Assembly: GCA_000934665.2 (NCBI GenBank)
Contig: KZ538853.1
Span: 1 to 44,318, forward strand
Length of the DNA stretch: 44,318 nucleotides
Direction of reading: 5' to 3'
Source of the DNA: Catajapyx aquilonaris
Lineage: Eukaryota
Shown: positions 24,730 to 36,594 of the stretch, one piece after another
How the letters are laid out: the number at the start of each line of letters is the position of its first letter
Position numbering within the stretch: position 1 is the first letter of the stretch
The notes under the pieces: model-generated
Told to the model about the DNA's origin: nothing
What the model saw: the letters and a program-made list of their open reading frames with translations, nothing else
Databases searched by the model: none
Position numbers and translations under genes: made by a program

Positions 24730-24756
24730 GTAGTAGTAGTAGTACTGATGATGATG

Positions 24757-24842
<86 letters not shown>
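24730..24842. repeat. Compound microsatellite (TAG)4-(TGA)4-(TAA)~28
   Basis: Read directly; it causes the spurious poly-Ile ORF 24720-24956. Confidence 0.97.
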
Positions 24843-26117
24843 CCCTAAAAATCGAAATTCTCTCTTGATTTTTATGATTTCCCTTCTGATATTCAACTTT
24901 ATTCTGCCGTAACTCTTACCATCACGTCCGCGACGAAGGCCCTTTTCTCCAGGCATTATTCGGCTTAATCGTCGTCAACGGATCCGGAATGTTGTCACAG
25001 AGAACAATTCCCTCTAGTCATTAATAGGATTGCACGGCTGCGCGATTTTGATTCAGGGCCGGCATTCGGATGAACTCACCCGCATTTCCATCAGGTAGTG
25101 CATGGCCAGTAGTCGATTCCAGTATTTTAATTACGTTATTTCGATTCAGCCCGCGCCTCAATTCGCGAGTCGGAAACAATATTCGCCAACTTCAAAGTAC
25201 GCCACCTTTTTGCAATATCCGCTGGTCATTTATCGAAGATGCCACAGGAGAGTGAAATGCAGAAAAGATATGAGATAAGCCAGATCCCACCAATCAAGCA
25301 GATGGAACTGACCTGTTGCCTTCCTGCACCACCAGCCTCTTGCCATTTCCTCTCTATACCACTAATACCAGACTGGCTTCTTCCTTCCTTCTGCCTTTAT
25401 AGTTTTACAGAGTTGATCGAGCTGTTGCCTCCTTAGCACAAAAACTGTAACAAAGGGCCATATTTTTTTGCAATCCATTGGGGAGCGTAGGAGCGAAACA
25501 GAACATAAACGATGCCATAAACGTCAGCGTTTCTGTCTTGTTCATTGAATTTTTCTTGCTTCGCGTTACACGATGCTGGCATGACAGATACAGTCGTTTC
25601 GGTGGCGAAGTACTATGTAGTGCAGTACAACTGAATTTGCAATGGTGCAGCCTCTGGAAGGCGGACTTTTGGTGAACATGCTGAGAAGCACATAATTATA
25701 TATAGGTTAGTGCACTCCAGGATTAACATTCGAAAGAAAGCTTATATGCTGTTAACATGAATCCGATGTCAAATGCACTTATTTCAATATGTCAGATCCA
25801 AGATGGCAACGATTTTCACCAATTGTCTAATTTATGTGAAAATGGGTACCCGAGGGTGCTGGGACCTGCTGAATAAGAATACAGTATGACATAATTTGGA
25901 TTTTGGACAATATGTCACATGTAGTTACTTAAAGAAGCACAATATGACCGGGTTCTATTGTTTTTCTAGGTTTCTGGGGGGGCGGATATAGAATAATACC
26001 TTCGAGATGGATAACTAGCTGGAAGTTTTACAAACTGCCGAATGAATTCTTTAAAACGTAGTTTACTTTACTGCCACTATACCTCTACCGGCCCATTAAT
26101 CCTTCACTCCATAATAT

Positions 26118-26451
26118 TTTTTTTTTTTTTTTGCATTACCCCATTGGGAGTTACATTTCCTTTAGGGGGGTGGAAATACCACCATTTGGGTGGAACCGGT
26201 ATACTAAGATAGTATTTAGTGTGTTCCAAGGGTAGGTAGGAGGGGATGTGCAAAGTGCGTGTGCAATGTCGTTGATGTGCCGTTTTGTGAACTCCCCCGG
26301 GTGGCATATGTGAAAGGATCGCCACCCGAAACGAAGCCAGAGACGGTCTCACTCTGCACGAAAGAAGGTGGGAACCCCGGGTGGGGATTGAACCCGGGAC
26401 CTTAACTTCCGTGGGCGCACGCGTTACCGCGGCGCCACTCCGTCTCCCCCA
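26118..26451 (-). mobile_element. tRNA-derived SINE, type C, complete with TSD
   Basis: A box-like AGTGGCGCCGCGG, B box GGTTCAATCCC, 3' GGTGG-TATTT-CCACC stem-loop, poly(A), perfect 15-bp TSD TTCACTCCATAATAT (26103-26117 and 26452-26466). Confidence 0.92.
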
Positions 26452-27246
26452 TTCACTCCATAATATCCCAAATTCCCTGAAATACCAAATGTTTCAGAAT
26501 TGTGTCCCACCATGCACATCACTTTTCTTTTGTGTCTACTGGCTTTTCTTCACCTCTATTCAACTATATGACTTGGAAAAGCTCAGCGCGAGACTCAGAG
26601 AGTAACACTGGAAGCTGGCTGTGATTGATCATCTTTTGGCGCATCCCTCTCCATAGCTGTTCATAACTTTCCCGTGGAGCTGCTGAAAACTTCTGAGCAC
26701 CAGATTCCGGAATCTATCTGAACAGTATAACTTTTCCTGAACTTTCCCGACACTTTAATTCCAAAATGTGTGGAGTTGCCCATTCTGCCCATATGTTAGC
26801 GGAAATCTACATAATCTAACTATTGATATTTGGAAAAGTCACATGCACGTGTCCATGATGGACATCTTACCATTATTTTGTTCAGATTGAACCCCCCCAA
26901 TACATGTGGTAGTAGGTACTCTCGACACTAGCCAGAAGACATAGAGTGCGAGTGTGACGAATGTTTCTGGAGATGTTAGGGCTTAATTCTTATATGTTGG
27001 AATTTTTTGTGGAATAGCGAAGAAAGGTTGCTGGGGCGGAGAGTTGTGATTGCATTCCTTGGCCTGTCACATGTCGGTCCCCGCATGCCACTGGTTTTGT
27101 TCATGATGCTCTGCCTCTACTCACTATCACTGCCCTATTGTAGGCTATAGGCTATACTCAGGGCGCGAAGAAGTCCGCCATTGTTGATCAGATGTTTTCT
27201 GCCTAGACCTTAGGACCCCAAAAAATAGTAGGGTCTTATAGCTATA

Positions 27247-27562
27247 CTAGCTGCGGCACCCGGCGGCGTTGCCCGGGAAGAAATGAATGAAGGGAAAACA
27301 CCTGCCAGTAGCCCCGTCAACTGTCTGTCTTTCTGTGTGTCCGTCCACCAATGGCATCTGTGGTCCTGCTACTCCAAGACCTTCAACCTCTCCCGCCTGT
27401 ATAACGGCAACCGTCATTTGCCAGCCATCTGTCGTCAACCCCCCAAACCTCCATCCTCTCCCGGCCGGGGGGTGGAGCACAGATGGCAGGCAAATGACTG
27501 TTGGCAGGCGGACAGACAGACAGAAAGACAGACAGACTCACAAACGGCTTTATTTATATAGA
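27247..27562 (-). mobile_element. Non-autonomous Helitron (Lep1-like)
   Basis: Minus strand A|TCTATATAAATAAA..(CTGT)n .. CCCGGGCAACGCCGCCGGG hairpin ..CAGCTAG|T: 5'-TC, 3'-CTAG, A|T target, no TSD. Confidence 0.85.
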
Positions 27563-28009
27563 TTAGCTTGACCCGGCTACACTCCGCGCCGCGCCGCGAG
27601 AATTTTTACTGATTGGGACACATTATACGTCATGCCGGGAGCCGGGTGGGGGTTACTGGAGAGGTTCGTGTATGATGTTTTATACTGATTACCTGCATGA
27701 TGAACTTTGCCTTTTTGAACGTTTCCAGAAGTGCATGAAAATCTCCGCAAAATTATAACTATATAAGTAATGTTTGATATACTAATTAGGAAATTGAGAG
27801 ACATATATTCAAGATGATAAAAATACAATAACCATGTGAGCCAGACATGGTTACAAATAAGTTCAGATAAAAATGTGCGAAAAATCAGGACAAGACTTAA
27901 TATCTACTAGTGTGTTAAATTCAGTTCACATCCGTGCGGTAGGAGAGCCAGACACATTCCCAAAGGGACCCCCCCCCCNCCCCCCCCCCCCCCGCGCAGA
28001 CAGTATCGG

Positions 28010-28365
28010 GTTCAACAGCCTAACTGACGCAGCAACATGGGATAGGGGGAGGAGGCGGATGAAAAAGATGCAATAATGACTGGGAGTGCATGGTTTATTC
28101 AATAATGTACTTACACCCAAGACCATTGAGGTATACCTGTCCCAGCACTGCTTCACAGACTGCCTCTCCTTACAGTGCTGTCAGAGGAATTCTCTGCCGG
28201 CAACAGTGGGAATTTTAAGGACCATGTACCGAACATTTGGTCCAGCAGCAGTGTCAGATGTCTCAGTGGTCTTGGGAGTAATAGTGCACTTGAATAAACC
28301 ATGCATTTCAAGTCATTATTCCAATCCCATTTCACTGAATCACTTAGGCCATTAGGCTGTTCAAC
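28010..28365. mobile_element. Old fold-back element
   Basis: AATAATGACTGGGAGTGCATGGTTTATTCAA..CCCAAGACCATTGAG is inverted at 28262-28320; ends GTTCAACAGCCTAA / TTAGGCTGTTCAAC. Confidence 0.7.
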
Positions 28366-28737
28366 TTCATAAGGTCTCCGTGGGGGCCCCTTTGGGAATA
28401 TCTTGTGACCCTCCTAGCTACCACTTGGTTGTGAACCTAATTTAGCATATTAGTATTGTAGTTGAGATGTGTTCAAAATTGTCCCATATTTTTATTTGAA
28501 CCATATCCTGCGACAGTATGACGGAGAACAAAATTATTATCTATGAAATACATTATTCATGTTATGCATTATGATGGGTTTGTAGTTCCTTATTTGCCAC
28601 TTATGGCGGTAACTTTTATAGTGACGGCAGAGTTGAAGGATTAGTATTTGTGACTAGATTTTCGACATAAAAAATGCCCGTTTATAAGCTTGCGGAATGC
28701 GGTAAAGAGAAGATCATGTGGGCGAGTATGTACAGTA

Positions 28738-28881
28738 CTATCGGGTTCAAACACTTTTGGCCACTTTATCCCGGTCTTGAAGCAACCCTTCACACACACA
28801 TACACCTCCTTAACGTGGGGTCTGTGCGAAGGGTTGCTTCAAGACCAGGATAAAGTGGCCAAAAGTATTTGAACCCGATAG
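28738..28881. mobile_element. TA-flanked hairpin MITE (Tc1-like, 144 bp)
   Basis: TA|CTATCGGGTTCAAACACTTTTGGCCACTTTATCC..CAACCCTTC ... GAAGGGTTG..GGATAAAGTGGCCAAAAGTATTTGAACCCGATAG|TA. Confidence 0.85.
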
Positions 28882-28935
28882 TATACTAGTGTAATATTAG
28901 TTTCCACTAACAGTGAGTGCAAATCTTAGTCTATA

Positions 28936-29359
28936 CAGGGTGTATCTGAACTCAGTACCCCGACGTATATGACTGCCTTCCTAGCCACCTGAGGATCGAT
29001 TTAAGTATAGGAGTCATATGTCTGGGCAGCGTCATTACTGAGATACACTCTTTAGCGATTTTTGCCTAATCGCTCCTTCTGACTTTTAAATAGAATTTTC
29101 TGGTGTAACTAGCCAAAGAGGCCTTACCACCTGTGGGCAACAAACCAACAAAGTCCCGCCCCCAGACCTTCCAGAGCCTTCTGACTGGGGGAGGGTTCGA
29201 TGGGTGGCCTAACCGACAGGATATTTTGTACTACATGTTTGCGGCCAATTATCTCCGTAATGAGGCTGCCCAGACATATGACTCCTATACTTAAATCGAT
29301 CCTCTGGTGGCTAGGAAGGCAGTCATATACGTCGGGGCACTGAGTTCAGATACACCCTG
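28936..29359. mobile_element. Tc1/mariner-type MITE, family F2 copy a (424 bp)
   Basis: TA|CAGGGTGTATCTGAACTCAG ... CTGAGTTCAGATACACCCTG|TA with ~110-bp TIRs; near-identical copy at 39114. Confidence 0.93.
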
Positions 29360-32300
29360 TATTATTTTAGCGCAGTTTAACTTCGAACTGGGAAAGCAAT
29401 CATATCCTGTATCTTGTTTGTTATTTAGTGTACGTTCTAATTCAAGTTCCAGAATAGTACTGTTGTTACATCCTCATTGCCTTTGTTGTGAAACCCGACA
29501 TTAATTGGCACATGATTCCCCATAACATTGACATTGAGTCGAATTGGAAGTGTACGGCAGCAGTAGAATGGGGGGAAAAGCGGGAAAAAGAAGATGGAAT
29601 TTGCTATCGACTTGGTCCCTGAATCAGTGAGGAATGGCCGAACGACGCTTCCATTTTATGCGAAGGTGGTTGATCCAAAGCTCCCTCAAGGGCTGTTGGG
29701 GCCCGCTCAGCGAAAATGCACTCTCTGTGCTCCATAACCATAACGTTCAACATCGACACCAAGCCCTGATGCCCATGACTCTTGGTTAAGCGGTGCCAAA
29801 AGGGTCGTCCTTCTCCCGTCAACTATTACAGATATCTCCTAGTCTGGCTTTGACAGCCATTTTGGGACCGACTTAGGTACTTCGAATCTTGAAATCAAAA
29901 AAAGGTGCCTGCGACATCCCTGCCCTACAGCAAAAAATGGGCTTGATGGCATCATTTTCAAAGAGCATTAAGTCTCTCGGGGATGAATAACCATAACGAA
30001 AACACGCCCTTAATACGTAATCTACTTTAGTACTTTGCAATCAGCATTAACAATGCCAAGTAGACAGACTAGGAAGTAGGGGTGGTGGAGGGAAATGCCC
30101 GTGAGGCACGAAAAGGTCGGTTAGAGTCCACACAGTCATGTGGACTAGCTCACAGAAAGGCACTCTTCATAATGTAAAGGGCGTTGTTCCAAAGGGTTTT
30201 CAGATTTAATCAGTCGAGACGGCTTGGGGAAAAAGAGATCCAATGTACAGTACATTCGAGGATCCTTTTCGATTTGTGCCGCTTATAACATTTGAAGGGG
30301 ATACCGGCGGGGAATTAGGATTCTTTTGGCCACAAACGACATTACCAATATTAATGTATATGCAAAGTGTCCTCTTTTTCCGAGTACAGACGGTATAAAG
30401 GAGTCCTATAAGGTTGGAAGTTGTGTGCATCAAGAAGATGGACCGTTTCCTGGGATTCGTCATTGATTCTTTGAGAGCGTGCAGTAGTGCCGGAAGTAAT
30501 ATCATTGGCTTCCATCCTTGGTTAGCCCATCTGGGGTTTTGCGTTTTGCCAAATTTTTGGGTACTGGCGTGAGCAAAAGGTAGGGGCATAGCATTTGAGT
30601 AACCGCCCAAAATAATGTGGGATGGAATAAGATTGGCGGTTCCCGTTCGACTTGCCACAATCCATTAAGGATTAAGGAAAATCGTGTTTTGTTTATTTGC
30701 ATTGCATTCTCACTTTGCATTGGTGGATATTTACTAATGTAAATACAGGAAACTGTAATGTTCAGGGAGAGGGAGTATAACATTATAGATGAATAGAATA
30801 ATGATTGCTGTAGATAATAGAATATTATTACAATAAGTATTTTAAAAAAATCAAATAATGAAGAATTACATTAAATCGCTTGTAGAAAGTTTTAAAGCAG
30901 AAAATATCGCGAAGGGTGCCTCTGTGCATTATTGATTAGTTATATTAAGGAAATAAGAATGGAAGATGAAATGATCGAAATGCAGATCTCGCAGCCTCTC
31001 CAGTTAGGCTCATTTCAATTTTATTATGCCTTACGTAAGAAATTGGTCATTTGCTTATTCATGGTTTTGATATTATAGGAATATACGAGGGGGTTTAAAG
31101 TGTAGTTATTACAGTGTATCCGTCAAAATTGATAAGTTTATATACCAATGTGTATGAGAATAATTGTTGACTCTGCCATTTTGCTTCTTCGCATTATTTC
31201 GTTTAGAGGCAGCTCCTTCAGTCAGAGTCAATTTTCGCAAAGGTGTCCGCCGGTGTCCGCCTATTGGAGAAGAGACAGTTCTAACTTAATAGCACACTGA
31301 CCTTAGTAATATCGTTCATAAATGGGCTGTAACTGTAAGATCTTGAGTGAACCTTTGACGCCAACATGACGATGATGCAGCGACGTGTCACGTGTCTGAG
31401 TTGCATCGTTACCCGACCACCCTCTATGATTGATGACTTATACTATCCCCCGGGGAAATGCAGTGCTTTTGGCCCAGGACGACCTACCAAGACATGACCG
31501 AAAATCGCATCCCCAATGGACACCAGGGTCGTAAATTGCGGCCAAAGTCCCCCGAGGGCTTGCGTGAAAAGCTAGCCAAAGGGAAATTATTAGTTGGCAA
31601 AATAAATGTTGTTTTGTCACGTCCTGAGCAGAAATATGTTCACCCTTGGTTGATTTTGGCATATCACACCTTGTTTTATTAACAGGCGCCATTAAACAAC
31701 AGGAAAATCTATATATTCACTATTTTTTCACCATTGGGTGGAAAACACGACCCTTAAAGGCTAACGTGTGGGCCAAAGTGTATATCATGACGGACAGAGC
31801 GGAAAACGATAAGCCCAATTGGTGTACCGATAATGGCAGAGAAACGGACCAAATGCTATATATTTTTAGCACAAAAATTTACCATTGATACTTTATCAAT
31901 CCTGTCGTGGTCTGTAAATAATCATTGCGAGTGGAGTGCGTGACACAAAACGGGCGGGCCAGAATGTCATGTCATATTCGGGCAGTAAAAAAACAATGGG
32001 ATTCATATATAGAAACTTGTGGGAAATAATGGAAGAAAATGCACTTTTTGTGCATGATTTTAAACAATCCTCGGGGTCCGTATAATGGGGACTCGTCTTT
32101 TTTTGTGAATTCTCAGACAAAAGCAGGGTCTGACGAACAGTTCCCAAGAGATGATGGAACGGTGGATCCTTGGTAGGAGAAACCGTGGTTTTTTTCAGGA
32201 ACGTGATCAATGCTTGCAAGATTCTCGATTAAGTAGCTCCTTTCTTCGCCTGGAAAATGTTGGGAAGAAAGAGGGTAGAAATGCCAGTGTTCCGTGACTT

Positions 32301-32569
32301 TTGCAGTGCCTTACACTGTGGTCAAATGCGATTTACGCGTCGGGAATTTCGAGGCTTATAATGCACAATAGCAGCTGTGAGCGACATTTCGAGTCCCACG
32401 TTTTGCCAATATTATAGATTTTTTTTTTTTGCAAGCTACTGAATTTGGATTTTTTTCTTCTTTTAAAATAAGAGAGGGGAACTTGCGCCGTGGTTTGCCT
32501 ATGGTAATTTTCTTACCGAACCTTTCTAGGCAAAGACATTGCAGCGCGTCCGTAACATGTGCTTTCAAA

Positions 32570-32800
32570 GCGCTGACTCCATCCATTTTTAGTAAAACTC
32601 CAGGATTTGCCCACGCCACCACTTCCTCCCAAGTTTCGCAAAATGAAGCATTAATATCTTGGCACCATTGTCTTCTCTCTCGTGGCTGCTGTTATGAACT
32701 CTTATCATTCTGGGCCAACAAGGCTTTCCTCGCACCCCTCGCAGATTTCCTTTGAATGCCTAATACCCCCCCCCCCCCTCGTAAAGTCAAATAAAACGGC
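32570..32800 (-). mobile_element. Possible RTE LINE C-terminal fossil
   Basis: Minus-strand ARKALL..PRERRQWCQDI..TWEEVVAWA resembles the RTE end R..L.W.P.GKR..GRP..RW.D.I....W.E....A; contains a stop codon. Confidence 0.3.
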
Positions 32801-33159
32801 GCCAATCTTTCTGGAAGGCCAGCTTGATACTGCGCAATCACCGGTCCCGACCTCTACTCTTTGCCCTATAATGTCATAATGGGTCCCCGAATGGGCTCAT
32901 TATTATGTGACTCGAAACGGTTGACTTTGTACAATAAAATTAGCCGGTGGGTAATGAAACGCGTGACCGTTCTCGCTTTCATGGCGCCATCTCTTTGTGT
33001 GTGTTGCGTCGCGCTTCAGTTACTGCCAACATGTCGACATGCGAGGTTCATTTTAGGTGAGCTGATGTACTTTTTTTTTTAAAGAGCAAATATATATACA
33101 GGGCGTTCCGACATTAATCGGTTGAAATCTCGCGGATACTCGCCTCTATCCACTGATTG

Positions 33160-33216
33160 TGGCAGTAGGTGGCAGCACCGCGGCTGACCCAGCCGCGGTG
33201 CTGCCATCTACTGCCA
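33160..33216. repeat. 57-bp GC-rich hairpin (27-bp stem, 3-nt loop), probably the centre of a truncated MITE starting at 33099
   Basis: TGGCAGTAGGTGGCAGCACCGCGGCTG-ACC-CAGCCGCGGTGCTGCCATCTACTGCCA; solo TA|CAGGGCG end at 33099. Confidence 0.85.
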
Positions 33217-34188
33217 AGTTAGTTGTAGGCCTACCTTTCTCAATGATCTGATCCACTCAGCACCTCCTGAGGCATCCCTATGTCAGCAAGAGGTTCTCTC
33301 ACCTTGCAATGAACTTCTCTAGCATGGTGCTGTTAAGATGGTTATAAACTAGCGTCTTTATCGTGTGGTTTCAGTCTTAACGATCCGGTTGAGGGCCAAA
33401 TATGATAGCGAACGCGATGAGAAAAGTCGTCATTTTCAGCTGACGTGCCTCGTAGGGTCAGCTGTCAATAATAAGAGGTTTCGAAATGAGTAGTAGCAAT
33501 GGGTCCCCCCGGGGTAATAAATTTAATAGACTAGGAGTATATCGGAGTGAATGGGAGTAACGCGGCAATTAGGGTGTCAGCTAGTCCTCCCCTTGGATTC
33601 TGCACGTAATTAAAACGCTAGTGCGGTGGCATCAAGCCCAGATTTATAGTCTCACCTCTTTCTGTCTTTAGGAGGATTTGGTTGACTACAGCCTTCTACT
33701 ATGCAAACTTGTCGTAAAAAAGGCGACGAAAAGAGGAAATCGGGGATAAAGGCTCTCATTTGTGCAACTGCGATTATGTCGGGTTGAAGTGGCCAATCGA
33801 TAGACGGTACAGTGTTTGTCAAAGATAGAGTACTTGTTGCAGTATTACGATGGGAATTAAACATTATTGTTCTAATTGAAAAGGCAAGACAATTTTCCTA
33901 TTCAACTGTCTAGACATGGACGGTTGTGTTCCGGTGAACACGTTATGTATAGGGGTTTCATTTGGCCTGCTGCACTTCGCCGAGATAGTGGACTTCACCT
34001 GGTAATATTGTGGTATTTTGCGTTCCTACTCAAGGCCATTGCCTTGTTAATGTAAAATGTAGGTTACCATGCAATTTTCATTTAGACTGCGATCTCATTA
34101 GGTGTATAGCAGGCAGTCGTCGAAGCGATGGAAATGTCGCAGGCTGCATTTGAGACACAGAAGCTGATATAATGCACTCTTGGATTAA

Positions 34189-34451
34189 CCCTTATTATTG
34201 AACCGTGACGTGGGGTCTTTTAGGACCCCAAAGAAATTAAAATGCATTAAAATGATAATTACAATGAACTTTTGCCATTTTATAAAAGTATCTAACAGGA
34301 AGTGCATGTTTATTTTGAATTAGAGATCATTTTAGGCATTGTTCAAAGAATGATTGCATATAGTCAATGCATTGGAAAGTATTATATAAAAAAATAATTA
34401 ATATTAAAATATGGATGGGGTCCTAAAAGACCCCACGTCACGGTTCCAGGG
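34189..34451. mobile_element. piggyBac-like MITE
   Basis: TTAA|CCCT..GAACCGTGACGTGGGGTCTTTTAGGACCCCA ... TGGGGTCCTAAAAGACCCCACGTCACGGTTCCAGGG|TTAC; AT-rich interior. Confidence 0.8.
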
Positions 34452-35848
34452 TTACTGCTAATTATCTCAGTAACGAGACTGCTGAGACAAAATTACACCT
34501 CTGCATAAAGGGATCCTAGCTCTGCTGCCCAAAAGTTCACTGTGTGAAATTTTGCCTGAATCAATATGAAAAACCCTGCATGTGGAGAAGAGTACCGCAA
34601 TATGAATTTCAAGTCTGCAATGGCAAACTGCTTATGCTAACATAATATTCAACACCTTGTCTACTGTAGTATTGTCATAGAGTGGTACGACACTTCTGGG
34701 AAATGTGTTGGTGCGCATTTATTTAAAGTTACTCAATAAATAAATCCGCAAATAATGGCTCAGATAAATCAAGATAATTTATTGACTGACGTGAGACCTG
34801 AAGAATCGTCTTTTTGCAACTCCAACGGAGATTGGTACTTTAAAAGATCACAGCCTGCAAAATATATGTGGCCGACTTTCACGAGCCTTCTATAGAGAAT
34901 CCCAGCCGCTGTCGCCTTACAAAGTAAAGCCAGTAGATATCTTCATGGGAATGCTTGACCACTTGTGCTCGCAGAGGGCGAATAGTGGGCCTATAGCTCA
35001 TTTTTTTGACAAATTGCGTAGTTTCAGTACTAAAAAAGGAAGACCTGGCTATAATAATTCAATAATGCTATAATATGCGTCAATCAGGGAATTATTAACG
35101 ATAAGGTAATTAATGCAATGTGCTGTACTGTCCATCAAATATTCGTCACATAATGTGTGCCCGCACTAATACAGTAATTGAACGATAACATGTACAACCT
35201 ATCCTCAAACTTGTCATATGTTGAGAAACTCTTGAACATGTTGTTATTCTTCTGAAAAGTCTGTGTAATGTTAACAGAGTGAGGGACAAATACTTTGTAC
35301 ATAACTGTACTGTCATTACAGCGGCTTGGCCCAAGAAGAGCTCTCTCCTATCACAAGGACTCTTCTCGCCAAGAGTAGAAAGTAAGGATGGGTTAGGATC
35401 GATGGTGATTTCGTTACATTTTTGGGATACTTAATAATAGCTGTGGGATGATTTTGGGAGCTTATCGACACCTGTTACCCGTCATAGAGCCCGATGAAAT
35501 TTCAGCATGTCCATTTTGCCGAGAGAAGATTTGACGGGAGCTTGTTTTAAAGATGTCCCGAAAACGCCATATCGAACCTTTCATTTTCAAAAGCCAGCAC
35601 AAGTTTAAGGAAGGGAATAACGCGCCGATAACTTTCAAACCTAATATCCATTCATAGCACGCCGCGTCCATTTTTCTCCATCCAAAGGAAAAAATTCACT
35701 AGGTGAAACGAAGGCTGCAGTCAACCAGTAGACAATCCAAGTGGAAGTGAAAAATTAGCGGCATCAGCGGCTCCCTTGCATAATATGTGAACTGCCGTGA
35801 CCAAAAAGTCATCAATTTGGACTACCCCACATGAATACTGGAGATGCT

Positions 35849-36418
35849 CACAAGGGAAGGTCACGGGGTGATAATGACGGATCTTGATGAAATTTAAGGA
35901 CAATATATGATACCCAAAAATGAAATATTTCGTGCGGAGGCCCATATTTGCAAAAGTTATGACGTCTTAAAGTTCCAAAAATAATACATTTTCATTCATA
36001 ATGGGATTACATTAGCGACCACATAATTATAATGACATTGAAGTGTGTAATCAGTTTCTACACTTTTTCTCATCGGAAAAAGTCCTACAGAACGGCTCTG
36101 TCCGTCCGTCCGTCTGTGGACAGGTATCAAGGCCTAAACCGTAAGAGGTACAGAGCCGTTATGTAGGACTTTTTTCCGATGAGACAAAGTGTAGAAACTG
36201 ATTACACACTTCAATGTGGTCTTATATGTGGTCGCTAATGTAATTCCATTATGAACTCAATGAAAATGTACTATTTTTGGAACTTTAAGACGTCATAACT
36301 TTTGCAAATATGGGCCTCCGCACGAAATATTTCATTTTTGGGTATCATATATTGTCCTGTATTAGCATGTTAAATTTCATCAAGATCCGTCATTATCACC
36401 CTGTGACCTTCCCTTGTC
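35849..36418. mobile_element. Transib-like fold-back element (570 bp) with a HINE-like fragment at its centre
   Basis: ATGCT|CACAAGGGAAGGTCAC ... GTGACCTTCCCTTGTC|ATGCT: CAC terminus (right end has one mismatch) and 5-bp TSD; ~250-bp near-identical arms. Confidence 0.8.
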
Positions 36419-36473
36419 ATGCTACAAATCTTTTACAAGCTGGAACATTTCCTCCAAAAACATCTCTGCCATA

Positions 36474-36594
36474 CCGTCAATTGGGGTGAGATTGTGCCAG
36501 GTGGGGTGAGATTGTGTCATCGCATTTTTTTTGGACAACAGTGATGCGCCACTACCGCGAATTTTACTGGTCATCGCCAATTGCCAATTGACGG
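36474..36594. mobile_element. Internally deleted copy of the 9638 MITE family
   Basis: TA|CCGTCAATTGGGGTGAGATTGTGCCAGGTGGGGTGAGATTGTG ... CCAATTGACGG|TA. Confidence 0.8.

Noticed and set aside
24720..24956. Poly-Ile ORF
   Set aside because: Translation of a (TAA)n microsatellite.
30206..30658. 150-aa ORF or LINE zinc-knuckle relic
   Set aside because: No recognisable domain; ETVHLL in another frame lacks correctly spaced cysteines.
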